Both the position numbers and the translations under genes were made by a program. The notes beneath the pieces were generated by a model, which ran no database searches, was not told the origin of the DNA, and was given only the letters and a program-made list of their open reading frames with translations. Positions 1 to 9,450 of a stretch of DNA of 64,000 bases are shown here, in pieces; position 1 is the stretch's first letter; the number at the start of each line of letters is the position of its first letter. The stretch comes from Gemmatimonas sp. GTDB taxonomy: Bacteria > Gemmatimonadota > Gemmatimonadetes > Gemmatimonadales > Gemmatimonadaceae. The DNA lies in NCBI GenBank assembly GCA_965279375.1, contig OZ257156.1:2784001-2848000 (forward strand), written 5' to 3'.

Positions 1-366
1 GAGGTTGCGCGTGTGCTCGACGCGGCAGACAGTCGCTACGTGAAGCTCGAACTCGACATCGCGCATTGGGCTGCCGCCGGCGGTGATCCCGTGCAGGCCG
101 TTCGTAGCTACGCCGATCGCCTGCTCTTTCTGCATCTGAAAGACCTGCAGCGACCAGCGCCCGGACGCGGGCCCGCGTCGTACCGTTTCGTCGAACTCGG
201 CACCGGCGAGGTGGATGTCGCGGGAGTGCTCGATGCCTTGCGCACGTTGAACTTTGGTGGCTGGGCCATCGTCGAACTGGACGATGTCACGTCGCCCGGC
301 CGCTCGGCGAAACAGTCAGCGGAGCTCTCCAAGGCGTATCTCGCCGCACATGGTCTGACGCTGTGA
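1..366 (+). CDS. Sugar phosphate isomerase/epimerase (xylose-isomerase-like TIM barrel, IolE-like), 5' truncated
   Basis: ELDIAH, HLKD, ELGTGEVD and GWAIVELD motifs typical of the AP_endonuc_2 family; runs off the window start. Confidence 0.8.
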   Translation, partial: EVARVLDAADSRYVKLELDIAHWAAAGGDPVQAVRSYADRLLFLHLKDLQRPAPGRGPASYRFVELGTGEVDVAGVLDALRTLNFGGWAIVELDDVTSPGRSAKQSAELSKAYLAAHGLTL

Positions 367-397
367 TCGTGTCTGCGAATCACTCAGGAACAGCGCC

Positions 398-994
398 ATG
401 ATCAATCGGCGTGAACTGCTCGAGTGGCTGCTGGCCACCTCTGGCCTTGCGGCTCTCGGCAGGATTCCCCTCGCGGAGCTGGAGGCGATCGGTCGTGCTG
501 TCCATGGCGACGCGCATGAGCCGTCGCACACCCGGAGTGCGCAGATACAGTATCGGTCGCTTGACGTGGCGACGGCTGCTGCCGTGCGCGCAGCAGCAGA
601 GCTGATCATTCCGCGCACCGATACACCCGGCGCAACGGATGCGCGCGTCACCGAATTCATCGACGGCATGTTGACGGATTGGTACGATGCGGACGATCGC
701 ACGCGATTCGTCGACGGCATTCGTGCGCTGGACGTCGAGGCCAAGTCGCGATCTGGTCGCACGTTCGCGCAGTGCAGCGCGCGTGATCAGCTTGCGCTCC
801 TGGAAGAGGCCGAGGCACGCGTGGTCGCGCTGCGAAGTACCGATGCACGAACAGCCAACGCGAGTTGGTTCGCCATGCTCAAGTATCTCACGGTGTACGG
901 CTACTGCACCTCCGAGCCGGGGATGCGACAGCATCTGCGTACGTGGCCGCTGCCAATGACCTACGACCCGGCGGCACGGGTGCCTGCGCGATGA
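398..994 (+). CDS. Gluconate 2-dehydrogenase subunit 3 family protein (Tat-exported partner of a GMC flavoprotein)
   Basis: Tat-like NRRELL; IIPRTDTPGA..A.V.EFID and LKYLTVYGYCTSE motifs; adjacent to the GMC gene. Confidence 0.85.
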   Translation: MINRRELLEWLLATSGLAALGRIPLAELEAIGRAVHGDAHEPSHTRSAQIQYRSLDVATAAAVRAAAELIIPRTDTPGATDARVTEFIDGMLTDWYDADDRTRFVDGIRALDVEAKSRSGRTFAQCSARDQLALLEEAEARVVALRSTDARTANASWFAMLKYLTVYGYCTSEPGMRQHLRTWPLPMTYDPAARVPAR

Positions 995-1037
995 TACCTC
1001 GCATTCAGCTGCGCATGCACCACGGGGCCTGCACGCC

Positions 1038-2735
1038 ATGAGCACACAGCGTACCGACTACGACGCGATCGTTATCGGCTCCGGTCTCACGGGTGGCTGG
1101 GCTGCCAAGGAGCTGACGGAGGCCGGACTGCACACTCTCGTGCTCGAGGCCGGGCGTCCGGTCGATCCGGTGCGCGATGCCATGGAGCACGTCGCACCAT
1201 TCGAGATGCGTTTTCGTGGCCTCGGCGATCGCCGCGCGACGGAAGCGAGACAATCGGTGCAGCGGCACTCCGTTTCCTTCGATGAGATCAGCCAGCGCTT
1301 CTGGACGGACGACGTCGACAATCCGTATTCCACGCCGAGCGATCAGCCGTTCGATTGGTTGCGCGCGCGTCAGGTCGGGGGAAAGTCGATCATCTGGGGA
1401 CGTCAGGTCTATCGCATGAGCGATCTCGACTTCGAGGCGAACGCGCGTGATGGCATCGCGGTGGATTGGCCGATCCGCTACGCCGACATCGCTCCGTGGT
1501 ACGATCGTGTCGAGCGTTTCATCGGTGTATCCGGGCAGCGCGAGGGGCTCGCGCATCTCCTCGACGGCCCGTTCACGCCGCCGATGGCGATGAACGTCGT
1601 GGAGCGTCATGTGAAGTCGCGCATCGCCGCATCGTTTGGCGGTGAGCGTATGATGACCATCGGTCGCGTCGCGGTGCTCACGGAGCCGCGGCCGGATCGC
1701 TCGCCGTGTCACTACTGCGGGCCGTGTCAACGCGGCTGCTCCACCAAGTCGTACTTCAGCAGCATCAACGTCACGTTGCCTGTGGCGGCGGCCACGGGCC
1801 GCATGACACTGCGTCCGTACAGCGTGGTGCGCGCGCTCGACTACGACCGGCAACGTCGTCGCGTCTCCGAAGTGCACGTCATCGATGCACAGACCGGCGC
1901 CGAGCATCGCTTCACCGCGCGCATCGTGTTCCTCTGCGCGTCGTCCATCGAGAGCGCGCGTGTGCTGCTCAACTCCGCTACGACGGACTTCGACACGGGA
2001 CTCGCGAACTCGAGCGACCAGGTCGGTCGTAATATCATGGACCACATCAAGCAGGCCGGTGCGAGCGGGCGCTTTGATCAGTGGACGGACCAACAGATAC
2101 TCGGCTCACGGCCCAACGGCATCTACGTGCCGCGCTTTCGCAACGTCACATCCAAGCACGCGGACTTCATTCGTGGATACGGTTTCCAAGGCGGCGCCGG
2201 GCGCGGAAGTTTGTGGGGCTCACACGTGCGCACTCCGGGCTTCGGGGCGTCGTTCAAGGCGAGGCTTACCGACATCGGTCCGTGGTCCATGTCCTTCGCC
2301 GGATTCGGCGAAACGCTCCCCAACCCGAACAATCGCGCCGTGCTGCATCCCACACTCAAGGACAAGTGGGGAATTCCGTCGCTGCACATCACCGCGTCGT
2401 GGGGACCCAACGAGCTGGCCATCCATCGCGAGATGAGTATCACCGCCGCCGAAATGCTGGACGCGGCCGGCGCGCAGAACGTGCAGCCCAATCGCGCCGG
2501 TCCCAGCACCTTCGGCAACGCCAACCACGAGATGGGGACCGCGCGCATGGGGCGCGATCCCAAGACATCTGTGCTCAACGGCTTCAATCAATCGTGGGAT
2601 GTGCCCAACCTGTTCGTCACCGATGGCGCGGCCATGACGTCGAGCGGCTGTCAGAATCCGTCGCTGACGTACATGGCGCTCACGGCGCGCGCCTGCGCGT
2701 ACGCGGTGGACGAACTGAAGAAGCGGAACCTCTAG
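1038..2735 (+). CDS. GMC family FAD oxidoreductase (glucoside 3-dehydrogenase-like)
   Basis: GSGLTGG FAD motif, GGKSIIWG, C-x2-C-x2-C-x3-C cluster (CHYCGPCQRGC), HEMGTARMG, NPSLTYMALTARA. Confidence 0.9.
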   Translation: MSTQRTDYDAIVIGSGLTGGWAAKELTEAGLHTLVLEAGRPVDPVRDAMEHVAPFEMRFRGLGDRRATEARQSVQRHSVSFDEISQRFWTDDVDNPYSTPSDQPFDWLRARQVGGKSIIWGRQVYRMSDLDFEANARDGIAVDWPIRYADIAPWYDRVERFIGVSGQREGLAHLLDGPFTPPMAMNVVERHVKSRIAASFGGERMMTIGRVAVLTEPRPDRSPCHYCGPCQRGCSTKSYFSSINVTLPVAAATGRMTLRPYSVVRALDYDRQRRRVSEVHVIDAQTGAEHRFTARIVFLCASSIESARVLLNSATTDFDTGLANSSDQVGRNIMDHIKQAGASGRFDQWTDQQILGSRPNGIYVPRFRNVTSKHADFIRGYGFQGGAGRGSLWGSHVRTPGFGASFKARLTDIGPWSMSFAGFGETLPNPNNRAVLHPTLKDKWGIPSLHITASWGPNELAIHREMSITAAEMLDAAGAQNVQPNRAGPSTFGNANHEMGTARMGRDPKTSVLNGFNQSWDVPNLFVTDGAAMTSSGCQNPSLTYMALTARACAYAVDELKKRNL

Positions 2736-2812
2736 CACCGTTCGCGCCGCGCTGGCGTGGACCTGCGCTGTAACGCTTGCGGTGGATGCAACCTGTTGTG
2801 ATCTTGCGGCAC

Positions 2813-2932
2813 GGCATCACGGGATGCCTCCGGTCCGCGGAAAGGGCAGCGCCCACCCCTGCAGTTGCACGATTGCCCACGCCCTCTTCGGGCCGATGGT
2901 GCGGACGCCGGCCACAACGAAGGAGGCGTCCC
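2813..2932 (+). promoter_or_regulatory. Candidate structured cis-regulatory RNA leader (SD-sequestering switch)
   Basis: GGGATGCCTCC (2821-2831) pairs with GGAGGCGTCCC (2922-2932, contains the SD); competing hairpin GGCATC/GATGCC; inner helices GTCCGC/GCGGAC, GGGCAG/TTGCCC and GCCC/GGGC. Confidence 0.6.
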
Positions 2933-4468
2933 ATGGCATCACCGTTCAAGCGTGCGCTCCCCGCGCGCGTCAATCTCGAGCAGCAGAAGTCGCAGGCGAA
3001 AGAGCTTCTCCGTGCCTTCGCCGCTGCCGACCCCGAAGCCGTCGCGCGTGTACGCGCCGCGCTCCCCGACAAGTCGCGTATCGTGCTGGCGGATGCGCAA
3101 TTCACACTGGCCCGCGAGTACGGCTTCGAAAGCTGGAATGCGCTCAAGCAGCACATCGACGATCGCATGGCGGCCGCGCGTGCACCACACGAGCAGTTGC
3201 ATCACGCGATGCAGCGCCGCGACGCAGTGATGGCACGGCAGCTTCTCGCGCAGCACGCGGAGTTCCGACCGCTCATCAACGCGCCGATGTTTGCCTACAA
3301 CGCACCAGCGCTCGTTTCCTTCGCCGATGATGCCGCGATGGTGGACGTCCTGCTCGAGTTCGGGGCCGACCCCAACAAGAAGAGCGACTGGTGGGCTGGT
3401 GGTTTTCATCCGTTGCACGTGGCTACCGGAGCAGCGGCCGAGCGATTGCTCGCGGCTGGCGCGGTTCCTGACGCATGCGCCGCCGCGCATCTCGACCGAC
3501 CCGACCTGCTGCTGCGACTCATCGAGTCGAACCCACGCTGTGTCGCCGAACGCGGCGGCGACGGACAGACACCGCTGCACCTCGCGCGCTCTCAGCGCGT
3601 CGTTGACATCCTGCTCGATGCGGGCGCTGACATCGACGCGCGCGATGTCGATCATCGCGCGACACCCGCCGAGTGGATGCTCGATCGCAGTCGTGGCGGA
3701 GGGCGCTATGAGTTGGCGCGCTATCTGGTCGAGCGGGGCGCCAGCGCAGACATCTTTCTTGCGGCGGCACTTGGTCGCACCGTTGACGTACGCGCGATGC
3801 TCGAGCGCGATCCTGCGTTGCTCGAACTGCAAACCGGTCGCGGACGCTACGCCGAAGCGAAGCCAAGCAGCTTTCACATCTACTTCTGGACGATCGGCAG
3901 CTATCGTGGCCCGCTCGAAGTTGCCGCGCAGTTCGGTCACGAGGATACGCTCGCGGTCATGCTGCCGATGGCGACGCCGGTGCAACGATTGCGCCTCGCC
4001 TGCAGACGCGCCGATAGCGACGCGGCGCAAGCGTTGTTGCGCGACTATCCCGCGCTCGTGCAATCGCTGGCGACAGTCGATCAGCGCGCCATCACCGACG
4101 CGGCCTGGAATGGCGACGCACCCGCAGTCGCCTTGATGATGTCGCTGGGCTTCGATCCAGCCACCACCGGCCAGGACGCGGGCACTGCGCTGCACTGCGC
4201 CGCATGGCAGGGCAGTGCGGCCTGTGTGGCGGCGATTCTCAGCCACGAATCCGGGCGCGCCATCGTCAACGCGACCGAGGTGCATCACGGCAGCACTCCA
4301 CTAGGCTGGTGCTGCCATGGCTCGCTCAATGGACCGCGCGCCGGCGACTTCGAACAGGTGGCGCGCTTGCTGCTCGAAGCAGGCGCCACGCCCTACGCGT
4401 TCGACGCATCGGAGGCAGTCGAAGCGGTGCTCGCCGACTGGATGCAGGGAGACTCGCCCGTCGCGTAG
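2933..4468 (+). CDS. Ankyrin-repeat protein with an N-terminal helical domain (LPARVNLEQQK...LAREYGFESW)
   Basis: Ankyrin motifs GQTPLHLA, GTALHCAAWQG, GSTPLGW, LLDAGADIDA; AGGAGG SD before the ATG at 2933. Confidence 0.85.
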   Translation: MASPFKRALPARVNLEQQKSQAKELLRAFAAADPEAVARVRAALPDKSRIVLADAQFTLAREYGFESWNALKQHIDDRMAAARAPHEQLHHAMQRRDAVMARQLLAQHAEFRPLINAPMFAYNAPALVSFADDAAMVDVLLEFGADPNKKSDWWAGGFHPLHVATGAAAERLLAAGAVPDACAAAHLDRPDLLLRLIESNPRCVAERGGDGQTPLHLARSQRVVDILLDAGADIDARDVDHRATPAEWMLDRSRGGGRYELARYLVERGASADIFLAAALGRTVDVRAMLERDPALLELQTGRGRYAEAKPSSFHIYFWTIGSYRGPLEVAAQFGHEDTLAVMLPMATPVQRLRLACRRADSDAAQALLRDYPALVQSLATVDQRAITDAAWNGDAPAVALMMSLGFDPATTGQDAGTALHCAAWQGSAACVAAILSHESGRAIVNATEVHHGSTPLGWCCHGSLNGPRAGDFEQVARLLLEAGATPYAFDASEAVEAVLADWMQGDSPVA

Positions 4469-4510
4469 ACGAGCGAGTTTCAATCGAACGTTAGACGCTC
4501 CGCCGCCTGA

Positions 4511-5551
4511 TCAGCCGAGCAGCGTGCGGAGCGTCTTGTAGCTGGTGTCGATGCTCTTGAGCGAACCACCCGGCCAGCCGCCGGCGCCGTCCTGCTCCAC
4601 AAAGAAGTACTCGACGCCCGCGTCCCGCCACGCGGCGAAGATTGGCTTGAAGTCGACGTCGCCGCTGCCCACAGGGCAGGGGCGACCCGGCTGCGGCGCC
4701 GGCGGTCCACCGGCGCGACCGCCGGCGGGCGCGGCGGGGCGCGGCGTCTGCGTCCCTGATGCCAGGTTCTGCAGCGACTGTGTCTCCCGCGCCTGCGCCG
4801 CGGCAAGGCTCTCGAAGTCCTTCACATGCCACATGCGGAAGCGACCCGGATAGCGCTTGAACCACGCGGCCGGATCCTGACTCGCCACGCGCGCCCAACC
4901 CAAATCCATCTGGAACGTGAAGAGCGATGGGTCAGTCTCCGTCACGAACACGTCCATGCCCGTCTTGCCGCCACCCACGTTCACGAACTCGGCGGAGTGG
5001 CTGTGAAAGGCGAGCTTGAGACCGCGGCTCTTGAGCTTGGCGCCAATCGTGTTGCACTCGTCGGCGATGCGCTTCCACGCGTCCACGGTATTCATCGGCG
5101 TCTCGGTGCGGCCGAGCGAAGGGATCGTGATGTACTCGTGGCCGATCGTCTGCGCGATCTGGATCTGTGCCTCGAGATCCTTGCGCAACAGATCCATGCC
5201 GATGTGCGAGCTCGGCGACTTGAGCTTGAGTCGATCGAGCAGTGCGCGCACCTGCGCCGGTGTCTTGTTGTAGTAGCCGGCAAACTCCAACTGCTTGTAG
5301 CCGATCTGTGCGACTTTCTCGATCGTGCCCTCGAAGTCGGTTCGCATTTGATCGGCAACCGTATAGAGCTGCACGCCGATGCCGTCGATCGACGGCTTGG
5401 TTGCGGCGCTGAGCGCGCGCGAGCCGCCAGCGGCACCCACGGACGCGCGTGAGCAGTTCGCCAGCACGCTCCCGGTAACAGTCAGCGCAGCGACATCGCG
5501 AAGAAATACGCGGCGCGTGAGCGCGTGTCCGGGGATGGATCGGTCCGTCAT
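4511..5551 (-). CDS. Tat-exported sugar phosphate isomerase/epimerase (TIM barrel)
   Basis: TRRVFL Tat motif; GVQLYTV, FHSH, QMDLGW, HVKD and FVEQD motifs. Confidence 0.85.
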   Translation of the reverse strand: MTDRSIPGHALTRRVFLRDVAALTVTGSVLANCSRASVGAAGGSRALSAATKPSIDGIGVQLYTVADQMRTDFEGTIEKVAQIGYKQLEFAGYYNKTPAQVRALLDRLKLKSPSSHIGMDLLRKDLEAQIQIAQTIGHEYITIPSLGRTETPMNTVDAWKRIADECNTIGAKLKSRGLKLAFHSHSAEFVNVGGGKTGMDVFVTETDPSLFTFQMDLGWARVASQDPAAWFKRYPGRFRMWHVKDFESLAAAQARETQSLQNLASGTQTPRPAAPAGGRAGGPPAPQPGRPCPVGSGDVDFKPIFAAWRDAGVEYFFVEQDGAGGWPGGSLKSIDTSYKTLRTLLG

Positions 5552-5670
5552 GGGGAGAGGTCCTATCTGATGCCGGTGGGATGAGTCACGGGGAGGTAGA
5601 GGAAGATAGCGTTCCGATCGCCAATAGCGCGCGTGACCGCACCTGAGACGGCGTCGGTTCTCCACCGGCG

Positions 5671-5698
5671 TGAACCTTTTGCGGTTAGCTGCGACTCC
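5671..5698 (+). promoter_or_regulatory. Putative ECF-sigma (autoregulatory) promoter
   Basis: TGAACC-N16-GACTC just upstream of an ECF sigma gene; resembles GAAC/CGTC-type ECF promoters. Confidence 0.45.
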
Positions 5699-5732
5699 AT
5701 ATTCGGGAGCAACATCGTCCAGCGAGGATTCA

Positions 5733-6332
5733 GTGTACCAAGGGAGTGACGACGAACAGCGGCACGACGGCTTGAGCGAGCATGCGCGTCTAGCAGACGA
5801 GCTGCTGGCCGTTCGCTGCCTGCTCGGCGAGCGTCAGGCCATCGATACGCTGGTCGCGCGATGGCATGAACCGCTGTGGTCGTATCTGCGGAGCATCCTC
5901 GGCGACGACGACTTGGCTGCGGACGCCATGCAGGCCGGCTGGCTGCGAATCCTGCGGGCACTTCCTTCGCTGCGAGACCCTGCGCGTCTGCGGCCGTGGT
6001 TGTTCGGCATCATCCGCCGAACGGCGATGGACCGGCTTCGCGCCCGGTACGCCGAGCTCCCGCACGTTGTCGACGCGGCGGACGTCGCTGACACCATCTC
6101 GAATGACACGCAGGATGACGAGTCGCGGGATGATGACTTGGCCGCCATGCACCACGAACTCGCGCAGCTCCCCGCGCTCGAACGCGAAGTGCTCGTGCTG
6201 TTCTACCTGAAGGAACTGTCGCTGGCGCAAATCGCCGACGTGCTCGCCGTGCCGGTGGGAACGGTCAAGTCACGACTGTGGCGCGCGCGGACCTTGTTAC
6301 GGCAGCGACTCGAACACTCACGCGCCTCCTGA
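5733..6332 (+). CDS. ECF RNA polymerase sigma-70 factor
   Basis: Region 2 (AADAMQAGWLRI...WLFGI) and region 4 (LSLAQIADVLAVPVGTVKSRLWRAR); GTG start after GAGGA chosen. Confidence 0.9.
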   Translation: MYQGSDDEQRHDGLSEHARLADELLAVRCLLGERQAIDTLVARWHEPLWSYLRSILGDDDLAADAMQAGWLRILRALPSLRDPARLRPWLFGIIRRTAMDRLRARYAELPHVVDAADVADTISNDTQDDESRDDDLAAMHHELAQLPALEREVLVLFYLKELSLAQIADVLAVPVGTVKSRLWRARTLLRQRLEHSRAS

Positions 6333-6347
6333 GCGCGCGCCACGCAT

Positions 6348-6896
6348 ATGACCAACACCGAGGATACGAGGTATCCCATGTCCGACCGAACACCGGCGTC
6401 AACGCCAGCTCCATCGATTGCCGCGTTGCAGGTGACGCTCGCCAACGAAGTCACGCTGCCATCGCGTGTAGCGCATGTCGCGCTGCTGCTCGTCTCTGTG
6501 TGCATGGCCACGGTGATGGGCGCGTTGCTGGTGACGGAGGTGGGGCTCCCAGCGCGCACGCAGATCGCACTCGTGGTGATGTTCTTCATCGCGTGCTGCT
6601 GGACGGGGTACGCGTGGTGGGTGCTCGCGCGGCGTCGCGTGCTCTACGCACGCCATCGCGTCGTCGCGGGCGGAATGGCACTCGCGTTCAGTCTCGTCTT
6701 CACCGGCGGATGCGCGCTGCTCGGCATCTCGGGGCAGGGTGGAAAGTGGTGGCCTGCGGCGATCGCGACGGGAAGCACGCTGTTCGTTGTCGCAAGCTTC
6801 GGCTTCGTGAAGGCGCAGCGTTCCGTGCGCGCACTCGACCGTCGTCGTCTTGAGCTGGAACGTGCGCTCGGCTCGACCGCTGAGGTCGCACGATGA
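6348..6896 (+). CDS. 4-TM membrane protein, possible anti-sigma/accessory factor
   Basis: Four hydrophobic segments; directly downstream of the ECF sigma gene; ATGA overlap with the hydrolase. Confidence 0.6.
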   Translation: MTNTEDTRYPMSDRTPASTPAPSIAALQVTLANEVTLPSRVAHVALLLVSVCMATVMGALLVTEVGLPARTQIALVVMFFIACCWTGYAWWVLARRRVLYARHRVVAGGMALAFSLVFTGGCALLGISGQGGKWWPAAIATGSTLFVVASFGFVKAQRSVRALDRRRLELERALGSTAEVAR

Positions 6897-8251
6897 GGTC
6901 CGCGACGCGATCGACTCGACCCGGCATTCTGCTGGTCGCGCTCTCGCTCGTATACACCGCGACTGCGCGCGCGCAATCAGCAGTCATCACGCCGGGACGC
7001 TTCGCGCTGGGTGCGGATACCGTCCCGGTAGACGAGGGGCGATTCACGGTGCCGGCCAATCGTTCTGCGCGGGGCGGCGCGACGCTCACGCTGCGTTTCG
7101 TACGCTTTCCGACGACGTCCCGCACACCGCGCGCGCCGATCGTCTTCCTGGCCGGCGGTCCCGGTGACGCGGCCACGCGTGCCTTTCGCGGCATGCCGAT
7201 AGCGTTCCTGAACGAGCTCCGCGCCATCGCCGACGTCATCGCGTTCGATCAGCGGGGCACCGGCGGCTCCGAGCCCATCGATCCCCTCTGTCCTCCCGGA
7301 ACCGCGTATCCGCTTGGCGAAGTCGGCGATCCGTCACGCATGCTCGAACAGCTCCGCGCGCGCGTCAGCGCATGTATCGCTGCAGCCTCGTCACATGGGG
7401 GCGATGTGGCTGGCCTCACCACCGCCGAAAGCGCCGACGACCTCGAAGCGTTGCGCGTGTTCATCGGCGCGACGCAGCTCAACCTGCTTGCGGGAAGCTA
7501 CGGCACGCATCTCGCCCTGAGTACAGTGCGTCGTCATCCGCAATTGGTGCAACGCATGGTGCTGGCCGGCGTGGAGGGCCCGGACGACACGTTCAAGGAT
7601 CCTGCTCGTGTCGATGCCGTGCTTGCGCGGATCGCGGTGGCGCGGCGACCAACGCTGATGGACGATCTGCGCACGTTGACGACGCGGCTTTCGTCCAACG
7701 AAGTGAAAGTGAGCGCGCCCAACGGCGTGGTGATCGCTCTCGGCACATGGGATCTGCAGCGTTGGGTGGCGGAGTCGGTGGATCTCGTGCCCAAGATCGA
7801 CGCGATGGTCGCGGCCATTCCGGCCATGCTCGACAATGACTACCGCGTTCTGGCGCGGTGGGTAGCAGGCTATCGCAGTCCGCGAACGCTCAACCTGATG
7901 AACCTCGCGATGGACTGCGCCTCGTACGCCTCGCCTGAGCGACTGGCGCAGATCACCGCCGCCGCACCGACTGCGACCACAGGGAACGCGATCAACTTTC
8001 CGTTGCCGCAAATTTGCGACGTACCCGGCCTACCACGCCTGCCGGAGACGTTTCGCGACCCGCTCACCTCGAACGTTCACGCGCTGCTGATCTCCGGCAC
8101 GTTCGACGGACGTACGCCTGTGAGCAACGCAGAAGCCATCGCTCGCGGCATGCCGAATGCCCGCACGCTGGTGATCGAAGGCGCGTCGCACGGACTCTTT
8201 CGCGAACGGGAGGCCCTGAGCGCGATGGTGAGCTTCCTGCAGGGCAAATAG
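6893..8251 (+). CDS. Secreted alpha/beta hydrolase (TAP-like peptidase family)
   Basis: Signal peptide; FLAGGPG, DQRGTG, GSYG nucleophile elbow, D in FDGRTP, H in ASHG. Confidence 0.85.
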   Translation: MRSATRSTRPGILLVALSLVYTATARAQSAVITPGRFALGADTVPVDEGRFTVPANRSARGGATLTLRFVRFPTTSRTPRAPIVFLAGGPGDAATRAFRGMPIAFLNELRAIADVIAFDQRGTGGSEPIDPLCPPGTAYPLGEVGDPSRMLEQLRARVSACIAAASSHGGDVAGLTTAESADDLEALRVFIGATQLNLLAGSYGTHLALSTVRRHPQLVQRMVLAGVEGPDDTFKDPARVDAVLARIAVARRPTLMDDLRTLTTRLSSNEVKVSAPNGVVIALGTWDLQRWVAESVDLVPKIDAMVAAIPAMLDNDYRVLARWVAGYRSPRTLNLMNLAMDCASYASPERLAQITAAAPTATTGNAINFPLPQICDVPGLPRLPETFRDPLTSNVHALLISGTFDGRTPVSNAEAIARGMPNARTLVIEGASHGLFREREALSAMVSFLQGK

Positions 8252-8295
8252 TTGCGCTGACGCACGCGTGTGGGAGCGCACTTCCGGTGCGGCCG

Positions 8296-9450
8296 TCAGG
8301 GCTTTCGCGAGCGCGCCGGCGGTTCGAACAGTCGCTTCTCCGGCGCCTCGTTGACCCGCCGAGGCTCGGGCGGTGGTGTCGCGCCTTTCGCCGCCATCGG
8401 CGTCAGCCACGACGACAACCACCAGCGATACTTCTCGTCCTGATGCAACGCCAGAAAGCGTGGACCCGAGCCGGACATCGCCGAGGCGGTGAACGGCAGC
8501 ATCGCGCTCTGGATATACTCGCCGCGCTCGTTGTAGTAGTCGAGTATGCGCCCCTGTCGCTCGGATTCTAGGCCAAGCAACACCACATAGCCGCCATCCA
8601 CGACGGCAGCGTCCACGATGTAGGGCTGCTGTAGGCGTGTGCTGTCCGGCGCACCGCTGTTGCCATTGCCGTCGATCGCGACCGGTGCCGACGTTCCCGG
8701 CGGTCTGATCGATGACAGCCTCGGCGTGATGCCCACCCCCTCCTCGGTCCACGAGCGTACAACCAGCACCTCGCGATCGACGATGAGCAGGCACCGCCGC
8801 GAATCACCGTTGCCGAAGCGCAGACGCGTCTCCGGCGTGCCAACGATTCGATGCCGGCCGATCAGCGAATCTTCCTTCGCGATCGCGGTCAGCGTGAACG
8901 CCTCAAGCGAGCGACGCGCGCCCAGCTCGCGCACATGCAGCAGCGTCGCGGGTGATACCGTGCATAGACGACCGCTGCCGCCGCGCAGCATTGGCAAGTC
9001 GCGACGGAACATGAACCCACCGATCGTCTCTCGGATCAACTTGCTGCTGGCACTGTCGATGACGTCGTACTGCCCTTCGTCCGTGATACGCGACAGCTCT
9101 GTCGCGGCAACGATGTCACGCGGCACCTGCGCGTTGAGCACCGAATCGACCCGCACCGGTCGCGCTGCAAGCAGCATGCCTTTCCCGCGCAGCTCGAAGA
9201 GTGAAATGCGCTTGGGGTAATCCTGCAACAGAGCGACGGTGGCGCTGCCGGCGCGGAACACACGCGGGACCATCGTGCTGTCCGTGTGTTCCGTGATGTC
9301 TGTCCGCCATTCCTCGCGCTTGGCTGGATAGATCGTGCGTGCCTTGAGCGCGGCCTGCAGCGCAGGCGGCGCATCATTGGTGGCATTGACGGTGCCATCA
9401 CACGCAAGTACGGCGGCACTGAAGACCAGCGCCGCCGTCAGACGCACCAC
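8296..9450 (-). CDS. Lipoprotein, probable beta-propeller
   Basis: Lipobox VLAC; beta-rich with ILDYYNERGEYI blade-like motif; GTG overlaps the upstream TAG (TAGTG). Confidence 0.65.
   Translation of the reverse strand: MVRLTAALVFSAAVLACDGTVNATNDAPPALQAALKARTIYPAKREEWRTDITEHTDSTMVPRVFRAGSATVALLQDYPKRISLFELRGKGMLLAARPVRVDSVLNAQVPRDIVAATELSRITDEGQYDVIDSASSKLIRETIGGFMFRRDLPMLRGGSGRLCTVSPATLLHVRELGARRSLEAFTLTAIAKEDSLIGRHRIVGTPETRLRFGNGDSRRCLLIVDREVLVVRSWTEEGVGITPRLSSIRPPGTSAPVAIDGNGNSGAPDSTRLQQPYIVDAAVVDGGYVVLLGLESERQGRILDYYNERGEYIQSAMLPFTASAMSGSGPRFLALHQDEKYRWWLSSWLTPMAAKGATPPPEPRRVNEAPEKRLFEPPARSRKP

Noticed and set aside
2777..2932. N-terminal extension of the ankyrin ORF from TTG 2777
   Set aside because: A strong SD precedes ATG 2933; the region is better explained as promoter plus RNA leader
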